From the NCBI GenBank assembly GCA_965223265.1, contig OZ244999.1:6944001-7008000 (forward strand): 64,000 bases of DNA, written 5' to 3'. How positions within the stretch are numbered: the stretch's first letter is position 1; the number at the start of each line of letters is the position of its first letter. The position numbers and the translations under genes were made by a program. Positions 60,758 to 64,000 of this stretch are shown piece after piece. Under the pieces are notes generated by a model. That model saw only the letters and a list, made by a program, of their open reading frames with translations. It was not told the origin of the DNA and did not search any database. This stretch comes from Planctomycetota bacterium. Its GTDB lineage: Bacteria; Planctomycetota; UBA8108; SXIK01.

Positions 60758-62083
60758 TCAGCCGCACTCGGGGAACGATGCGCAATCGAGATCGTCATCC
60801 GTTGGATCCTCCGCGCACGCCTCGAATGGCGGCTGAGGAGCCACGCCGCTGGCGAAGAGGTGGTTCAAGAGCATGACCGGGTCGGCGAGGTCAAGGCGCC
60901 CGCTGTCGTCGGTGTCGGCGGCATCGAGGCAGACGATCGTCGGGCGCCCCCGAAACAGCTCGTCGAGAACAACAATCGCGTCGCTGACGTTGCGTAGACC
61001 ATCCTCATTCAGGTCACCGCGCCTGAGAAGAACGCTCGGCACGGTGAGCGCCTCGAGGTCGAGCATCCAAACCTCGTTGTAGTGCTCTGAATCTGCGCAC
61101 TCACCGAACGCCATCCAAAAACGGTTTCGCTCTGGATCCATGACCACAGTGTGCCGAAACCGCGGCGCTGGCAGAATGCTCGGGTCGGGGTCTATGCGTC
61201 TCCAACTAAGGTCTTCGAATGCCAGCATCCAAACGTCGTTTAGGTAGGAGTCATCCGTGAGACCGCCGACCACGACCATGCCACTGCCGTCTGCGAGCGT
61301 CCCGCCTGAGGCGAATTGACGCGCACTCGGACCAGGGGTCGAGGGCGTCAGCTCCGACCACTCTCGACTCTCCAGGTCAAGCTCCCAGAGGTCTCCGACG
61401 TTGGCCGCACTGTCATCGTCGTCGATCCGGCGATAGCCACCAAATAGGATCATCCGCCCAGCGGCGACATCGAGAGCGACGACGTGCCCATAGCGCTGCC
61501 CAGGAGGAGAGCGCTCAGCCACACGACTCCAAACGCCCGACGCTAAGTCGTACGACCAAGTATCCTCCAAGTCGGGCATCATATCGCCGTTCAAACCACC
61601 GTAGATGATCATCTCGCCCCGCGCGTCACAGACGAGACTCGAATGCAAACAGCGCGGCGCCGGACTGTCGGCTGGCGTCGCATCGCTCCACGCTCCACTA
61701 GCGGCGTCCCAGGTCCAGAGCTCGTTCGAACGCGGAAAGCCACCGAAGAGAAGCGCCCTCCCGCGCGCTGCGTCGCCGACGAGCGTGTGGTGGCAGCGCG
61801 CCGGAGCACCGGCCTCCGTTCGCTCAGTCCACTTGCGCGTGTCGACATCGAAGTACCACACGTCGGGAAGGAAACGACGTTCGGCCGTCTCGCCGCCTTG
61901 AAAAACGAGCCGGCGCGCATCGGCGTCATAGGTCCCAGCGACGCCGCGCCGTGGCGTCGGCGCGATCCCAGACTGAGAGACAATCGCCCACCGAATGCCG
62001 TCCTGAGCTTGCTGCGGCTGCTGCGACACCAACACGATCATCAAAACGCGATAGAAGCAGACCCCATGGTCGCGTAGCAACAT
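60758..62083 (-). CDS. Secreted Kelch-repeat beta-propeller with C-terminal dockerin
   Basis: Start ATG 62083 (GGAGGA RBS); six P..R..H..LFGG..D.W blades; LRRGDLNEDGLRNVSDAI...CLDAADTDDSGRLDLADP. Confidence 0.85.
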   Translation of the reverse strand: MLLRDHGVCFYRVLMIVLVSQQPQQAQDGIRWAIVSQSGIAPTPRRGVAGTYDADARRLVFQGGETAERRFLPDVWYFDVDTRKWTERTEAGAPARCHHTLVGDAARGRALLFGGFPRSNELWTWDAASGAWSDATPADSPAPRCLHSSLVCDARGEMIIYGGLNGDMMPDLEDTWSYDLASGVWSRVAERSPPGQRYGHVVALDVAAGRMILFGGYRRIDDDDSAANVGDLWELDLESREWSELTPSTPGPSARQFASGGTLADGSGMVVVGGLTDDSYLNDVWMLAFEDLSWRRIDPDPSILPAPRFRHTVVMDPERNRFWMAFGECADSEHYNEVWMLDLEALTVPSVLLRRGDLNEDGLRNVSDAIVVLDELFRGRPTIVCLDAADTDDSGRLDLADPVMLLNHLFASGVAPQPPFEACAEDPTDDDLDCASFPECG

Positions 62084-62179
62084 CTCGACTCCTCCCCGCC
62101 TCAGTAGTGACTCTCTTTGCTGTTCAGCGATGCGAAAACACACGGTCATATACCGCGACGGCCGAAGTCGTTTCAAGCT

Positions 62180-64000
62180 CTATCGGTTGTAGTAAACACG
62201 ATTCGGCCGATCGTAGTTCGCGACGAAGAAGTCCAAGTCACCGTCAGCGTCCAAGTCGCCAACACCCACTGCAAAGGAAAAATTGGCACCGAGCGCCTGG
62301 CCACTATCGCTAAAAACACCGGCGCCGTTGTTCCACCAGACGCGATTCGGATGAGAGTAGTTGGCCGTGACGATGTCGAGGTCTCCGTCACCGTCAACGT
62401 CGGCCAGCGGCGCGTGCGTCGTGCTGTTACTTCCGAGCGACTGTCCGCTGTCAGTAAAAGCGCCCGCTCCATCGTTCCACCAGATACGATTCCCCTGCGG
62501 ATAGTTGCCGCAGACAAGATCGAGGTCGCCGTCACGATCAACGTCACCGAAGACAACAGACCGTGTGTTGTTCATCCCGAGAAGCTGACCGCTGTCGGAG
62601 AACGTTCCGCTGCTGTCGTTGACGTAGATTCGATTCGGCGTTCCGTTGTTGGCTACGACGAGATCGATGTCACCGTCAAGATCGATGTCACCGAACGCCA
62701 AGCCGAACGTTTGGTCAACGCCAAGATCTTGTGACGAAGTAAACGTGCCTGTGCCATCGTTACGGTAGATTGCGCTAGGTTGGCTCTGGTTCGTGACTGC
62801 GAAGTCAAGGTCGCCATCGCGATCTATGTCGCCAAGACGAATTGCTGTCGACCATCGCGAGCCGATGGCCTGTCCGCTGTCGGCAAGCACTCCACCACCG
62901 ACGTTGACAAACAGTTTGTTCGCCCCGCCGGAGTAGTTAGCGACGACGACGTCGAGGTCGCCATCTCCATCGACGTCGCCCATTGAGGCGCCGTACGAGC
63001 GACCCGCGCCGAGAGCCAACCCGGTGTCGGTGAAAACACCTTCGCCATCGTTGCGCCAGACCCGATTTGGCTGGTAGCTGTCGTTGGCAACGAATACGTC
63101 GAGGTCGCCGTCCTGATCCAGGTCTCCCAGTTCAACGGCGTGGCCCCGATTGTTCGCGAGCGCCTGCCCACTGTCGACGTAGGTCGCGGTACCCCATGTG
63201 CCGCTCAGCGAGCCGTAGTAGACACGGCCAGATGCACCGTAGTCGACGACGACTGCGTCGAGGTCGCCGTCTCCATCGATGTCGCCTAGCGCCATGTCAC
63301 GCGCTGGGTCGGACGTGAGGGCGTGTCGCATACACATGAACACGCCGCTGGCGTCGTTCCACCCGACAGTGAAACCGCCCCCATCGCTAACGCTGACGAA
63401 ATCGAAATCGCCGTCGCTATCGAGGTCCGCCGCTCCGATCGCAACCGATGCCGTCGACCCAAAACTCTGACCGCTATTTGCAAAATTGCCCGATCCGTCG
63501 TTTAGCCAGACGGTGTCACTCTCGCCGTCGTTTGCGAAAATCAGATCCAAATCGCTATCGCGATCCAGATCGGCAGCGACGACCCCGGATGTGGAGGCGG
63601 TACCCAGCGCTTGGCCGCTGTCCGTGTACGCGCCGAGTCCGTCGTTCCACCAGATGCGGTTAGCCCCGTCCGCGTTTGCAACGATGAGGTCGAGATGGCC
63701 GTCACGGTCGAGATCGGTGAGCGTCGCTGCTTGCGACGCAGCCGAGCCCAATCGCTGCGCACTGTCGATGAAGACGCCGTCGCCCCGATTGTTCCAAACG
63801 GTATTCCCCGTGTCGAAGTTGAGGACAACGACGTCCGCGTCGCCATCACCGTCGATGTCGCCAAGGATGACGCCGCGAGCAGCATCGCTGCCGAGCGTCT
63901 GACCGCTATCCGCATAAGCTCCACCACCATCATTGACCCAAACGCGGCTGCCTCCGGTGTCGTTCGCGACGACCGCGTCGAGGTCGCCGTCGGCGTCAAC
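62180..64000 (-). CDS. FG-GAP/VCBS repeat protein (5' end outside window)
   Basis: Many GD.D.DGDLD.VVAN...NR.WWNDG.G.F.DSGQ.LG repeats; frame stays open from 63751 to 64000. Confidence 0.9.
   Translation of the reverse strand, partial: VDADGDLDAVVANDTGGSRVWVNDGGGAYADSGQTLGSDAARGVILGDIDGDGDADVVVLNFDTGNTVWNNRGDGVFIDSAQRLGSAASQAATLTDLDRDGHLDLIVANADGANRIWWNDGLGAYTDSGQALGTASTSGVVAADLDRDSDLDLIFANDGESDTVWLNDGSGNFANSGQSFGSTASVAIGAADLDSDGDFDFVSVSDGGGFTVGWNDASGVFMCMRHALTSDPARDMALGDIDGDGDLDAVVVDYGASGRVYYGSLSGTWGTATYVDSGQALANNRGHAVELGDLDQDGDLDVFVANDSYQPNRVWRNDGEGVFTDTGLALGAGRSYGASMGDVDGDGDLDVVVANYSGGANKLFVNVGGGVLADSGQAIGSRWSTAIRLGDIDRDGDLDFAVTNQSQPSAIYRNDGTGTFTSSQDLGVDQTFGLAFGDIDLDGDIDLVVANNGTPNRIYVNDSSGTFSDSGQLLGMNNTRSVVFGDVDRDGDLDLVCGNYPQGNRIWWNDGAGAFTDSGQSLGSNSTTHAPLADVDGDGDLDIVTANYSHPNRVWWNNGAGVFSDSGQALGANFSFAVGVGDLDADGDLDFFVANYDRPNRVYYNR

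Noticed and set aside
62084-62182. Stop-codon readthrough fusing the FG-GAP protein to the Kelch-dockerin protein (same frame across TAG)
   Set aside because: The downstream gene has its own GGAGGA RBS, ATG at 62083 and signal-like N-terminus; the shared frame has a one-in-three chance.
170-63999. Numerous antisense and alternate-frame ORFs in the six-frame track
   Set aside because: Shadow ORFs typical of high-GC DNA, overlapping well-supported genes.

Overview
GC-rich bacterial genomic window, most consistent with a Planctomycetota genome. The basis is Planctomycete-style dockerin motifs (FLRGDxNxDG..D.SD..C.DAAD.NDDG), a large PVC-type CxxCH haem-binding protein, and PQQ-propeller, ThuA and HEAT proteins; this is inference, not a database result. 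About 35 credible CDSs are present, and no rRNA, tRNA or cas genes were seen. Two themes stand out. (1) An apparent non-cellulolytic cohesin-dockerin surface system: three tandem paralogues, each with two cohesin-like domains plus a dockerin, and four further dockerin proteins whose cargo is CotH kinase/lamin-tail domains (three genes) or a Kelch propeller. (2) A repeat system at 31.4-33.0 kb: seven 44-bp GTAG-type REP hairpins spaced by variable ACGC(A/C/T)C hexamer tracts, whose composite module brackets a small four-helix-bundle (bAvd/23S-IVS-like) gene. Related hexamer elements occupy 5 of the 7 convergent gene junctions. Four copies of a ~165-180 bp TIR-bounded MITE are also present. The rest includes lon, hspQ, msrA, a CusCBA-type efflux operon, a flippase, metabolic enzymes, a hybrid kinase with a degenerate receiver, and an LRR gene with an in-frame TGA. 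All domain calls are by motif recognition only.
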